Source: Bryobacterales bacterium (lineage in GTDB: Bacteria > Acidobacteriota > Terriglobia > Bryobacterales > UBA6623). From it: a DNA stretch of 64,000 nucleotides. Both the position numbers and the translations under genes were made by a program. The stretch covers positions 2,720,001-2,784,000 of the forward strand of contig OY729428.2 of the NCBI GenBank assembly GCA_963422375.2. Direction: 5' to 3'. This document shows positions 19,165 to 32,958 of this stretch, piece after piece (position 1 is the stretch's first letter; each line of letters opens with the position of its first letter). A model generated the notes under the pieces. The model did not search any database. It was not told where the DNA came from and saw nothing but the letters and a program-made list of their open reading frames with translations.

Positions 19165-20463
19165 CTACAGTTCGAGCTTCCAAGGCGGTCGGTATTCGCG
19201 CCTCAAGTACGTCTGCGCTTCCTTGTTGCTGGTAGTCTCGGTGACTGGATCCCAGTCAACCCGCTGGCGACTCCTCATCGACACGTTGCCCAGCAGGGCC
19301 ATGGCCGTCGAACGGTGCCCGATCTCGATATCGCAGATCGGCTTGGAACGGTTGCGGACAGCCGCGACGAAGTCGCGCCAATGGTCGTCGGTCGTTGGGT
19401 TGCGCGCCCGGCCGCGGGCACCTTCCATGCGGCTTTCGACCCGCGGCTCCGGCTCGCGGAACCTCCGCTGCTCGGGCGTGATCTCCCAGAAGCCGCGATT
19501 GACGTAGAGGGTCCCTTCCGTGCCGTGAAACAAGATGCCGTAGCCCGGCAGGCCGCCCGTATAGGCGTTCGCAACACGGTTCTCGTAGGTGCAGACGAAC
19601 GTCGGGAATTCGTAGCTCGCCAGGATCGTGTCGGGCGTTTCCCTGTTGTCGATCAGAGCGTACTTCCCGCCGTACGTCGAAACCGAGCGCGGACCGTCCT
19701 CGGCCATGGCCCACAGCACGATATCGAGCAGGTGAATGCCCCAGTCCGTCATCATGCCTCCGGCATAGTCCCAGAACCACCGGAAGTGGGCGTACTTGTA
19801 CGGATTCACGCCGAAGCGGTTCTTGTTGAAGGTCCGCTCCGGCGCGGGTCCGAGCCACATCTCCCAGTCAAGGTCGGAGGGCGGGTCAGTGTCCGGAGGC
19901 ACGCCGATCCCTTCCGGGAACTCGTTCGCGTAGTTCCAGGTCCGTACGAAGCTGATCGTGCCGAGGCTGCCGCCCTGGACGATATCCCTAGCTTCCTGAA
20001 AGTGGAGTCCCGAACGCTGCTGCGTGCCCACCTGGACGACGCGGTCGTACTTGCGAGCCGCCTTGACCATCATCTGGCCTTCGTGAACGGTGACGGAGAT
20101 CGGCTTCTCCACGTACACGTCCTTGCCCGCCTTGCAGGCCTCGACCGTCATGTACGCGTGCCAGTGGTCCGGCGTAGCGACCAGCACGGCGTCGATGTCG
20201 TCGGCGGCGATCAGCTCGCGGAAGTCCGGATACACCTTCGCGTCCGGCACCATCTGGAGCGTCTGCTCGAGATTCGGCTTGTAGACCTCGCTCAGCGCAA
20301 CGACTTGGATGTCGTCCTCGAGCTTGAGGACCGAGCGCAGGTTGTTGCGACCGCGACGGCCGCAGCCGATCACCCCCAGTCGAATCCTGTCGCCGTGGTT
20401 GTCAGCGCGGGCAGTGGCGGCCGCGACAGTGGCCGAGGCCGCGATGAAGGCTCTGCGTTCCAT
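19165..20463 (-). CDS. Tat-exported Gfo/Idh/MocA oxidoreductase
   Basis: MERRAFIAASA twin-arginine signal; GVIGCGRRG, ATPDHWH, DVYVEKP, QVGTQQRS, LDWEMWLGPAP, FRWFWDYAGGMMTDWGIHLLD. Confidence 0.92.
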   Translation of the reverse strand: MERRAFIAASATVAAATARADNHGDRIRLGVIGCGRRGRNNLRSVLKLEDDIQVVALSEVYKPNLEQTLQMVPDAKVYPDFRELIAADDIDAVLVATPDHWHAYMTVEACKAGKDVYVEKPISVTVHEGQMMVKAARKYDRVVQVGTQQRSGLHFQEARDIVQGGSLGTISFVRTWNYANEFPEGIGVPPDTDPPSDLDWEMWLGPAPERTFNKNRFGVNPYKYAHFRWFWDYAGGMMTDWGIHLLDIVLWAMAEDGPRSVSTYGGKYALIDNRETPDTILASYEFPTFVCTYENRVANAYTGGLPGYGILFHGTEGTLYVNRGFWEITPEQRRFREPEPRVESRMEGARGRARNPTTDDHWRDFVAAVRNRSKPICDIEIGHRSTAMALLGNVSMRSRQRVDWDPVTETTSNKEAQTYLRREYRPPWKLEL

Positions 20464-20646
20464 TGAGATTCCTCGCTGCCGCCACCTCGCGAACATGGCA
20501 ACGCGCATCAGCGAGCCTGCCGCTAGGGGAAAGGCCGCCTCTGCGGTCGCGTCGCGCTACCCGCCGACGGACAACAGCGTAGGCCTATGGTAACAACGCC
20601 TCCGGCACGCGCCCTCGCTACCGGGTCCCGGGGGCGACGGTTCCGC

Positions 20647-20883
20647 TCACTCGTCGGCTACCGGAATTTCGCGCGAGTCCTCGAGTTCGTCGAGCAGCCG
20701 CACCACGAGCGCTTTCTGGCCGTAGTCGAATTCGTCCTGCGCAGGATCGGGATCGTGGATCGCGATCCAGGCCTTCAGCAACTCCGTCACCGGATCGGCG
20801 ATCGCCGCCTCCGCTCCCGGCTCGAAGCGCACGGGAATCTCGGCATTGCGGATCGCCTCGAGCAGCAGTTCGGAGAACTTCAC
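20647..20883 (-). CDS. Small acidic hypothetical protein (78 aa)
   Basis: GTG start 10 nt after the mtnA stop; protein-like sequence MKFSELLLEAIRNAEIPVRFEPGAE... Confidence 0.65.
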   Translation of the reverse strand: MKFSELLLEAIRNAEIPVRFEPGAEAAIADPVTELLKAWIAIHDPDPAQDEFDYGQKALVVRLLDELEDSREIPVADE

Positions 20884-20893
20884 CTTGCGCCCC

Positions 20894-21940
20894 TCACCGG
20901 GGCGTCGCGGTCCCGACCAAGGCCTTCAGGGCGGGGACGTACGGGGCGCGCGCCAGTCCGTTCTCCGTGATGATGGCAGCGACGTAGCGGCTGGGTGTCA
21001 CGTCGAAGGCCGGATTGCAGGCGTCCGTCTCAAGAGGGGCGATCTGGTGGCCGCGGATCCGCGTGACCTCCTCGGGCGACCTCTCCTCGATCGGAATCTC
21101 ATCGCCCGAGGCGAGGCTCAAGTCCACGGTCGAGGTCGGGGCGGCGACGTAGAACGGCACTCCGTTCTCCTGCGCCAGCACGGCAAGAGAGTAGGTGCCG
21201 ATCTTGTTCGCGACATCGCCGTTCGCGGCGATCCGGTCCGCGCCGACGACAATCGCTTGCACGCGGCCGCGCTGCATCAGGTGACCGGCCATGCTGTCCG
21301 TCAGGAGCGTAACCGGGATGTCGTCCTGCTGCAGTTCCCACACCGTGAGGCGCGACCCCTGCATGAACGGCCTGGTCTCGTTCGCCAGCACGCGCAGCGG
21401 GTTGCCGCTCTCGACGGCCGCACGAATTACGCCTAGGGCCGTGCCGTAGCCTCCGGTCGCGAGGGCCCCGGCATTGCAGTGCGTCATGACGGTCCCGCCG
21501 CTCGGCAGCAGCGCCGCTCCGTGCCGCCCCAGCGACCGGTTGCTCTCGATGTCCTCCCGCAACACCCGCTCGGACTCGTCCACCAGCGCGCGCCGGATAT
21601 CGTCAAGCGCGGAGCCCCGCTCCCGCAGGCGGCGGTACAGCCCCCGCATCCGCTCGATGGCCCAGAAGAGATTGACCGCCGTCGGCCGCGTCGCGGCCAG
21701 CACGTCGCAGACCTCCTCGAACCGGGCGTCAATATCGTCGTCGGAAGCCTTGAGCGCGCCGATGGCGACTCCCATCGCAGCAGCGCAGCCGATCGCGGGG
21801 GCGCCGCGAATCACCATCGTCCGGATCGCGTCCGCGACCTCGCGGTAGTCGCGGCAGATGACGTAGGACTCCTCGGCCGGAAGCTTGGTTTGGTCGACCA
21901 TGACGACTGTATCGTCGGTCCATCGAATCGTGTCTACCAT
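20894..21940 (-). CDS. mtnA: S-methyl-5-thioribose-1-phosphate isomerase
   Basis: [82 protein letters not shown]. Confidence 0.95.
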   Translation of the reverse strand: MVDTIRWTDDTVVMVDQTKLPAEESYVICRDYREVADAIRTMVIRGAPAIGCAAAMGVAIGALKASDDDIDARFEEVCDVLAATRPTAVNLFWAIERMRGLYRRLRERGSALDDIRRALVDESERVLREDIESNRSLGRHGAALLPSGGTVMTHCNAGALATGGYGTALGVIRAAVESGNPLRVLANETRPFMQGSRLTVWELQQDDIPVTLLTDSMAGHLMQRGRVQAIVVGADRIAANGDVANKIGTYSLAVLAQENGVPFYVAAPTSTVDLSLASGDEIPIEERSPEEVTRIRGHQIAPLETDACNPAFDVTPSRYVAAIITENGLARAPYVPALKALVGTATPR

Positions 21941-22010
21941 TGGGGAAAACGGCGGCGGGCCCGCGCCGGGCCGCAGGTCCGAGAATCCAAGTCTAGCCCA
22001 GGCCCCTCTG

Positions 22011-22753
22011 TCACGAATTGCCGACGAGGAACAGCAGCGCGTTGTACGAGGCATGCACGACGAAGCTGGCCTTGGTCGATCCGCTCGTGATTCGAATCGC
22101 GCCGAGGGCAAGGCCCGCGCCCGTCAGGATGACGAGCAGCTGCCACTGCCAGGCGTACTGGGTGCCGTGGAGCGTCGCAAACAGCAGGCTGGTCGCTACC
22201 AAGGCGGGCCAGTCCCCGTGCGCCCGCTCGAGCGCGCCAAAGAGAAAGCCGCGAAAGACGACCTCTTCGATGACCGGAGCGAACACGACTCCGAACAGCA
22301 CGAGCGCCCACAGCCCCGCGCGATTCTCGAGGAGTTCCTGCATCGGATTCCGCTGGTCCGGCGCGCCGAGGACGAGGCCAGCCAGGAGCGAGCCAAGGGC
22401 CAGCAGGACGCCGGTCCGCAGGTAGCTAAGAAGCGGGCGCGGGAGGGCGGTCCATGCCAGTCCCGACCGCAGGCTCATCCCGTACCCGCGCCTGACGACG
22501 AGCCCGATGTACGCCAGCGGAGGCAGCCAGCCGACGATTTGGACCGGCACTGCCACTCTGGGCTCGGTGCGCAGCAACGAGACGAACGCGTCCGGTGTCG
22601 CGAAACCCGCCGATTCCGCGACCGCGATCGCAAGCAGCGGCGTCAGCAGCTGAGACACCGCGAGACAGGCGAGCAGCAGCAGGATCTCGCGGTATCCCCA
22701 GAGACGGGCGCGCGGAACGGGCTGCTGGTCGTCGACCGACTGCGCGTTTTCGC

Positions 22754-22757
<4 letters not shown>
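22011..22757 (-). CDS. CPBP/CAAX (Abi) family intramembrane metalloprotease
   Basis: [21 protein letters not shown] motifs; multi-TM. ATGA overlap with the uvrA stop. Confidence 0.88.
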
Positions 22758-25555
<2,798 letters not shown>

Positions 25556-25569
25556 AGGCGGTGCGACAG

Positions 25570-27420
<1,851 letters not shown>

Positions 27421-27495
27421 TCGGGGGGTTCGTCCCTAGCATTCTATCGCGGCCGTCGGAATCCTACGCGCGCGAACGCGGCCCCGCCCGCGCTA

Positions 27496-27501
27496 TATGC
27501 T
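27496..27501 (+). promoter_or_regulatory. Putative -10 box (TATGCT) 6 nt before ATG 27508
   Basis: TATGCT ggttcc ATG; no SD. Confidence 0.4.
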
Positions 27502-27507
27502 GGTTCC

Positions 27508-28923
27508 ATGATCCGACGCCTGTCTTGCCTCGCGCTGCTGCTGGCCCCGCTCGCGGCGGCAGCGCACTGGCCGCAGTTTCGGGGCCCGGACGGCACCGGC
27601 ATCGCGGAAGGCAGCGAGCTGCCGGTCCGCTTCGGCGAAGCGAACCTGCTCTGGAAGCGCGAGGTCCCTCAAGGGCACTCCTCGCCCGTCATCGCGGGCG
27701 ATCGGATTTTCCTGACGGCCTACGAGGAGGAGCGTCTGCTGGTGCTCGCGATGGAGCGCGATACCGGCGAGGTGCTGTGGATCCGCGAGGCGCCGCGGCC
27801 GCGCCGGGAGCACTTCCAGCGAACGCACGGCCCGGCGTCGCCTTCCCCCGTGACGGACGGCGAGAGCGTCTACGTGTTCTTCGGCGATTTCGGCGCTCTC
27901 TCGTTCGATTTCGCCGGCAACGAGCGGTGGCGGCGTCCGATGGGCCCGTTCATCAACCAGAACGGTCACGGTTCGTCGCCGATCCTAGCGGACGGGAAGC
28001 TGCTGGTCGTCTGTGACCAGCAGGTGGGCTCGTACCTGATCGCCCTGGACAAGGACACCGGCCGGACCGCCTGGAAGACGGACCGCCCGATGACCACCAG
28101 GGGCTACGGCACGGCGGGCATCTTCCGCCCGGCGGGCGGCAGGCCGCAAGTGGTAGTGCCCGGCGCCTACCGCGTGTCGGCCTACGATTTGGAGACCGGC
28201 AAGGAGCTGTGGTGGGTCGACGGATTCGCCTGGCAGCTGAAGTGCGTGCCGCTGTTCGACGGCGACACCGTCTACATCAACGGCTGGGAGATCGGGGGCG
28301 ACCCGGGCCAGCAGCAGGAGACGGATTCGTTCGAGGACGTGCTAGCCTCGCACGACGGCGACGGGGACGGGCTCCTGTCCCAGGACGAAGTCCCCTACGA
28401 GCGCCTCAAGGCGGACCGGCCTTGGTCCGAAGCGGACCTCGGGGGCGACGGGAAGCTTGACGAGCGCGACTGGTACTTCTACGCCGCGCGACGCGCGCCG
28501 GTCAACAACCTGGTCGCCATCCGTCCGGGCTCCATGCGCGGCGACATCACGAAGAGAGGCGTGCTGTGGCGCTACACCAAGTCCCTGCCGAACACGTCCT
28601 CCCCCCTGCTCTATCGGGGCACGCTCTACCTGGTCAAGGACGGCGGGATCTTCAGCAGCGTCGACCCCGCCAAGGGGGTCTCGCGCCGCGTGGACCGGCT
28701 GCGCGACGCCATCGACAAGTACTGGGCGTCGCCCGTAGCGGGGGACGGGAAGATCTACACGGTCAGCCAGAGCTGCGCTATCAGCGCCATCCGGCCCGGA
28801 GCGGAATGGAGCGTCCTAGCCACGAGCTCGCTGGACGGCACGTGCTTCGGGACGCCGGCCATTGCCGACGGCAAGATCTACATCCGGTCCCTGCAAGCCA
28901 TGTACAGCTTCGGCCCGGAATGA
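27508..28923 (+). CDS. Secreted PQQ-binding-like beta-propeller protein with EF-hand-like insert
   Basis: Signal peptide then WPQFRGPDGTG, GHSSPVI, ASPSPVTDG, GSSPIL, YWASPVAGDGKIY, TPAIADGKIYIRS; EF-hand-like loops DGDGDGLLSQDE and DLGGDGKLDERD. Confidence 0.88.
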   Translation: MIRRLSCLALLLAPLAAAAHWPQFRGPDGTGIAEGSELPVRFGEANLLWKREVPQGHSSPVIAGDRIFLTAYEEERLLVLAMERDTGEVLWIREAPRPRREHFQRTHGPASPSPVTDGESVYVFFGDFGALSFDFAGNERWRRPMGPFINQNGHGSSPILADGKLLVVCDQQVGSYLIALDKDTGRTAWKTDRPMTTRGYGTAGIFRPAGGRPQVVVPGAYRVSAYDLETGKELWWVDGFAWQLKCVPLFDGDTVYINGWEIGGDPGQQQETDSFEDVLASHDGDGDGLLSQDEVPYERLKADRPWSEADLGGDGKLDERDWYFYAARRAPVNNLVAIRPGSMRGDITKRGVLWRYTKSLPNTSSPLLYRGTLYLVKDGGIFSSVDPAKGVSRRVDRLRDAIDKYWASPVAGDGKIYTVSQSCAISAIRPGAEWSVLATSSLDGTCFGTPAIADGKIYIRSLQAMYSFGPE

Positions 28924-29906
28924 TCCTCGCCCTGGCGGCCCGGCCGTGCCAGGGTCTCGGGGCGCTGGTGACGCTGGCGGCGGCCTTGGCGCTTCCGGCG
29001 AGCGCGCACGTGCTCAGCGTGAGCCAAGGCAGCCTGCGTCTCGACGGCGACGTAGTCCGGTACGAGCTGCGCATGCCGCTCTCCGAGGTCCCGGACGGGC
29101 CCGACCGCGAGCGAGATCTGCTGGAGGCGTTCCGCGTGCGGTCCGGCGGCGAGGAAGGCGCGCGGGGCGCGGCGGCCTGCCGCGAGGAGCGCGGCCAACA
29201 GGTCTACGTCTGCGAGGCGAGCTTCGAGTTCTCCCAAGCCCCCGCCAGCGTGGAGGTCCGCTGCGAATTCCCGTACGTCACGGTGCCGCACCACGTCCAC
29301 GTCCTGCGCTCCGGCGAGGGCGAGGTCGCGCGCCAGACGGTCTTCGACATCACGTCCGTCGAAGCCGAGGTTCGCTTCGCGCCGCCTACCTGGCGGGAAA
29401 CCGTCACCACGGAATTCGGGGCCGGCCTCCGCAAGGCGGTAACCAGCCCCGAACTGCTCCTTTTCATGATCGCCCTGGCCTTCGCCGGACGGACCCGGCG
29501 GGAACTCGCCGGCTGCGTCGGCGCCTTCCTGCTGGCACAGGCTGCCGCGGCGCTGGCGGGCAGCGCGCTGGGATGGAGGCCCGCCGCGGGGTTTCTCGAA
29601 GCGGCGGCGGCCTTGACCGTGGCGTACGTCGCTGCCGAGATTCTATTCCTCCCGGAAGCTGGCAGGCGGTGGCTCGTCTGCGCCGCAATGGGCTGCTTCC
29701 ACGGTCTGTTCCTAGCCGCGTTTCTCGAAACGGCCCGCATGAGCCCGTCGTACTTCCTGCCCGGGGCGCTGGGGGCCGAATCGGTGCTCGCGCTCGGGGC
29801 CGGCGCTTTCCGCCTGTCCACGGTCGGCCGCCGGGCTGAGCGACTGGGCGCTCTGCTGCTGCTCGTGACCGGACTCGGATGGTTCGCGTTGCGGATGATC
29901 GGATAG
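28920..29906 (+). CDS. HupE/UreJ-like membrane protein with N-terminal extracytoplasmic domain
   Basis: ATGA overlap with the upstream gene; signal ending ASA-H; C-terminal multi-TM region with EAAAALTVAYVAAE and GCFHGLF. Confidence 0.7.
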   Translation: MILALAARPCQGLGALVTLAAALALPASAHVLSVSQGSLRLDGDVVRYELRMPLSEVPDGPDRERDLLEAFRVRSGGEEGARGAAACREERGQQVYVCEASFEFSQAPASVEVRCEFPYVTVPHHVHVLRSGEGEVARQTVFDITSVEAEVRFAPPTWRETVTTEFGAGLRKAVTSPELLLFMIALAFAGRTRRELAGCVGAFLLAQAAAALAGSALGWRPAAGFLEAAAALTVAYVAAEILFLPEAGRRWLVCAAMGCFHGLFLAAFLETARMSPSYFLPGALGAESVLALGAGAFRLSTVGRRAERLGALLLLVTGLGWFALRMIG

Positions 29907-30012
29907 CGGGCACCGTCTCCGAGAGCAGGTCTCTCCGCCCGCTAGCCGGTCGAGGTCCTAGCCGAGGCGCGCCGCGCAGAAACCGATAGCGCCCTAGGAA
30001 GCCGCGGGCGGC

Positions 30013-30375
30013 TTACTGCGCTCGCTTTCCTGTCATGGTCATGCTGTACTGGCCCCAGGTGCCCTTGCCCTTGAGCTCGTCGTCCGTCAAGGTCGCTTCG
30101 ACCTTGAGAGTGGAAGCGTAGCCGGCCTCCGCCGCGTAGAACTGTCCCTCGAGCACAATCCGGGCACCTTCGAGCGTCCCCTTGAGGACCTGCCCATCCG
30201 AGTCGACGGTCAGGTTCTTGCCCTCTTGCGAGATGGTCCATTCGGTGTGTCGGATGCCGCCCTCGGTGTCCCAAACCAGCTGCCACTTGCCGGAGATGTC
30301 GGCCGCGGCGGCGAGCGGAACCAGCGCCGAGCCGAGCGCCAAGGACAGGACCCATCCGAGCAATTGCGTGCGCAT
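30013..30375 (-). CDS. Small secreted beta-rich hypothetical protein (120 aa)
   Basis: Signal MRTQLLGWVLSLALGSALVPLAAA, then ADISGKWQLVWDT...LKGKGTWGQYSMTMTGKRAQ. Confidence 0.8.
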   Translation of the reverse strand: MRTQLLGWVLSLALGSALVPLAAAADISGKWQLVWDTEGGIRHTEWTISQEGKNLTVDSDGQVLKGTLEGARIVLEGQFYAAEAGYASTLKVEATLTDDELKGKGTWGQYSMTMTGKRAQ

Positions 30376-30407
30376 GGTCCAATCACCATAGCACGGGACG
30401 AGCCGCT

Positions 30408-30836
30408 CCTGGCCTTCGACGGAGGGTCCCGGCGGGAATTCGCCGACTGCATCGGCGCCTGCCGGCCGGCCCAGGCCGCCGCGGCGCTGGCGGGCAGCGC
30501 GCTCGGATGGAGTTCCGCCGCGCGAATTCTCGAAGCGGCGGCGGCCTCGACCGTCGCGTAGCGTCGCTTCCGGAATTCTCTTCCTCCCGGAGGCAGGCGG
30601 CGGCTCGTCTGCGCCGCGATGGCTGCTTCGACGGACTGTTCCTAGCCGCCTTCCTCGAGACGGCCCGCATGAGCCCGTCGTACCGCCTGCCCGGGGCGCA
30701 AGGGGCCGAAGCGGCGCTCGAGCTCGGGGCAGGCACCTTCCGCCTGTCCTCGGTCGGCGGGCGCACGGAGGGACTGGGCGCCCCGTTGCCGCTCGTGACC
30801 GGGCTCGGTTGGTTCGCGCTGCGGACAGTCGGCTAG
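30408..30836 (+). pseudogene. Duplicated 3' half of the HupE/UreJ-like gene, degraded
   Basis: Lacks the 5' half; contains indels (gcgtagcgtc versus gcgtacgtc); retains LFLAAFLETARMSPSY and VTGLGWFALR. Confidence 0.85.
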
Positions 30837-30942
30837 CGGGCACCGTCTCCGAGAGCAGATCCCTCCGGACGCGGGCCGGTCGCGGCTCCGGCCGGCCGGC
30901 GCCGCGCAGGAACGGATAGCGCTCCTGGACGCCGCGAGCGGG

Positions 30943-31301
30943 TTACTGCGCCCGCTTTGCCGTCACGGTCGTGCTGTACCGGGCCCAAGTGCCCTTGCCC
31001 TCGAGCTCGCCGTCCGCAAAGGTCGCTTCGAACCTGATGGTGAAAGAGTAGCCGCCGCCGAGCGAAACTGTCCCTCGAGCACAATCCGGGCGCCTTCAAG
31101 CGTCCCCTTGAGGACCTGCCCGTCCGCATCGACCGTCAGATTCTTGCCGTCTTGCGCGATGGTCCACTCGGTCTGTAGGATGCCGCGAGGGGTATCCCAA
31201 GTCAGCTGCCACTTGCCGGAGACGTCAGCCGCACCGGCCAGCGGAACCAGCGCCAAGCCGAACGCCAAGGGAAGAACCTGTCCGAGAAAGTGCCTGAGCA
31301 T
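30943..31301 (-). pseudogene. Paralog of the 30013-30375 secreted protein with one frameshift
   Basis: MLRHFLGQVLPLAFGLALVPLAGAADVSGKWQLTWDT...LEGQF, then a shifted frame YSFTIRFEATFADGELEGKGTWARYSTTVTAKRAQ*. Length 359 nt versus 363 nt. Confidence 0.8.
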
Positions 31302-31388
31302 GGTCCGACTACGGTAACTTGCGACAAGCCGAGCCGGGATCCGCCTAAGGGCCGCGCTGCCGTCGGCGGGAGTCTCGGGCGGCTCGAG

Positions 31389-32909
31389 CTAATCCGAGAA
31401 GGCCAGACCGTCGCCCGTGTCCCCGTACTGCTGCCGCAGCTCCACGATGCGCGCTTTGAGCTGGGTGATCCGATCCCGGTAGGCCGGATCGGCGTAGAGG
31501 TTGCGCACCTCGAGCGGGTCCTGCTCGAGGTCGTAAAGCTCCCAGAAAGGGTCGCGCACGTTGGGTCGGGCACCGTTGACCAAGGTCCTCCCGTCCGGCC
31601 CGATGTCGCTGTCGTAGAAGTAGATCAGCTTGTAGCGCTCGGTCCGCACGCCCAGATGGCCCGGAATGTTGAAGTGACCGCGGTTCATCCAGTAGCGGTA
31701 GTAGACCGCGTCCCTCCAGTCCGCCGGCGGCGAGCCCTTGGCAACTGCCAGGAAGCTTCGGCCCTGCATGTCGGGAGGCACGGCGTGACCCGCCGCGTCG
31801 AGGAGCGTCGGGGCGAAGTCTAGGTTCTGGACGAGCTTGGCGCTGACGGTGCCCGCCGGCACCTGCGCGGGCCACCGCAGAAGCAGCGGTATCCGGAAGG
31901 CGGGCTCGTACATGAAGCGCTTGTCGTAGAGCCCGTGCTCGCCTAGGAAGAAGCCCTGGTCCGAGGTGTAGACCACCAGGGTGTCGCGGGCCAGGCCCTG
32001 CTCGTCGAGGTAGTCCAGCAACCGCCCCATGTTCTCGTCGATCGAGTAGACGCACTGCAGGTAGCGCCGCATGTAGATCCGGTACTGGGCCGCGCGCAGG
32101 ACGCTCCCCTCCAGCCCGGCGAGGTCCCGTTCCCACGCTGCAATCTCGTCCGGCCGGTATCGCACCCGGCGCAGGAACCAGCTCCACTCGGGCACGCCGT
32201 ACGACGTGTGGCGGTGCCCGATCCTCTCGACGGTCTCGCGCAAGGCGATCCTGCTCGAGACGTCCTCGTGCAGCGTCGGCGGCTCGGGAATCGCCCCGGA
32301 GAAGAGACCGGCATGCTCGCGCTTCGGCACGAACACGTCGTGAGGCGCCTTGTGGTGGTACATGAGGAAGAACGGCCGGTCCTCGGGGCGGCCGTCCAAG
32401 AATCGGAGCGCCTGATCCGTGATGACGTCTGTCACGTAGCCCTCGTGTCTCCGGCTCTCGGGCCATGCGCCCGTGTAGCGCAGGTCCGGGTCGTAATAGA
32501 GGCCCTGTCCCGGCAGGACCGCGTATTCGTCGAAGCCGGTCGGCTCGCTCTTCAAATGCCATTTCCCGATCATTCCGGTGTAGTAGCCCGCAGCCCGGAG
32601 ATACTTGGCCAGAGTCGGCTGGGAACCGTCGAAGGTGTCGAGCAGCGTCAGGACTCCGTTCTTGTGGCTGTGCTTGCCCGTCAGCACTACCGCCCTGCTC
32701 GGCGTGCAAATCGAATTGGTCACGAAGGCTGCGTCGAAGCGCGCGCCCTCGCGCGCAAGGCGATCAAGATTGGGCGTGGAGATGAGATCCCCGCCGTAGG
32801 CGCTCAGCGCAGGCACGGCGTGGTCGTCGCTCATGACGAAGATGATGTTGGGAGCCGCCCCTGCGAGGACCGGCGCTAGGAGCAGAGCGATCGTTCGAAC
32901 TGGCACCAT
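31389..32909 (-). CDS. Secreted Cys-type sulfatase
   Basis: PNIIFVMSDDH, CTPSRAVVLTG (CxPxR), GKWHL, HKAPH, TSDQGFFLGEHGLYDKRFMYE, ELYDLEQDP. Confidence 0.93.
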   Translation of the reverse strand: MVPVRTIALLLAPVLAGAAPNIIFVMSDDHAVPALSAYGGDLISTPNLDRLAREGARFDAAFVTNSICTPSRAVVLTGKHSHKNGVLTLLDTFDGSQPTLAKYLRAAGYYTGMIGKWHLKSEPTGFDEYAVLPGQGLYYDPDLRYTGAWPESRRHEGYVTDVITDQALRFLDGRPEDRPFFLMYHHKAPHDVFVPKREHAGLFSGAIPEPPTLHEDVSSRIALRETVERIGHRHTSYGVPEWSWFLRRVRYRPDEIAAWERDLAGLEGSVLRAAQYRIYMRRYLQCVYSIDENMGRLLDYLDEQGLARDTLVVYTSDQGFFLGEHGLYDKRFMYEPAFRIPLLLRWPAQVPAGTVSAKLVQNLDFAPTLLDAAGHAVPPDMQGRSFLAVAKGSPPADWRDAVYYRYWMNRGHFNIPGHLGVRTERYKLIYFYDSDIGPDGRTLVNGARPNVRDPFWELYDLEQDPLEVRNLYADPAYRDRITQLKARIVELRQQYGDTGDGLAFSD

Positions 32910-32916
32910 GGGCATG

Positions 32917-32922
32917 ATTCTA
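32917..32922 (-). promoter_or_regulatory. Putative -10 box (TAGAAT) 7 nt before ATG 32909
   Basis: TAGAAT catgccc ATG; no SD. Confidence 0.5.
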
Positions 32923-32958
32923 GCGATGCGGCGTGGTAGCCGCCGCGGCGAGGCAGCG

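Larger units (their letters stand above)
29474..31332 (+). repeat. Diverged tandem direct duplication, unit ~930 bp (copy 1 ~29474-30407, copy 2 ~30408-31332)
   Basis: Collinear matches such as cctggccttcg (29474/30408), acggcccgcatgagcccgtcgtac, tagcgggcaccgtctccgagagcag, actgtccctcgagcacaatccgggc and cagctgccacttgccggaga. Confidence 0.92.

Noticed and set aside
29474..31332. Duplication as a DGR template/variable repeat pair or an assembly artefact
   Set aside because: Differences affect all four bases and include indels rather than being adenine-specific, and there is no reverse transcriptase. The divergence is too high for a duplicated-assembly artefact.
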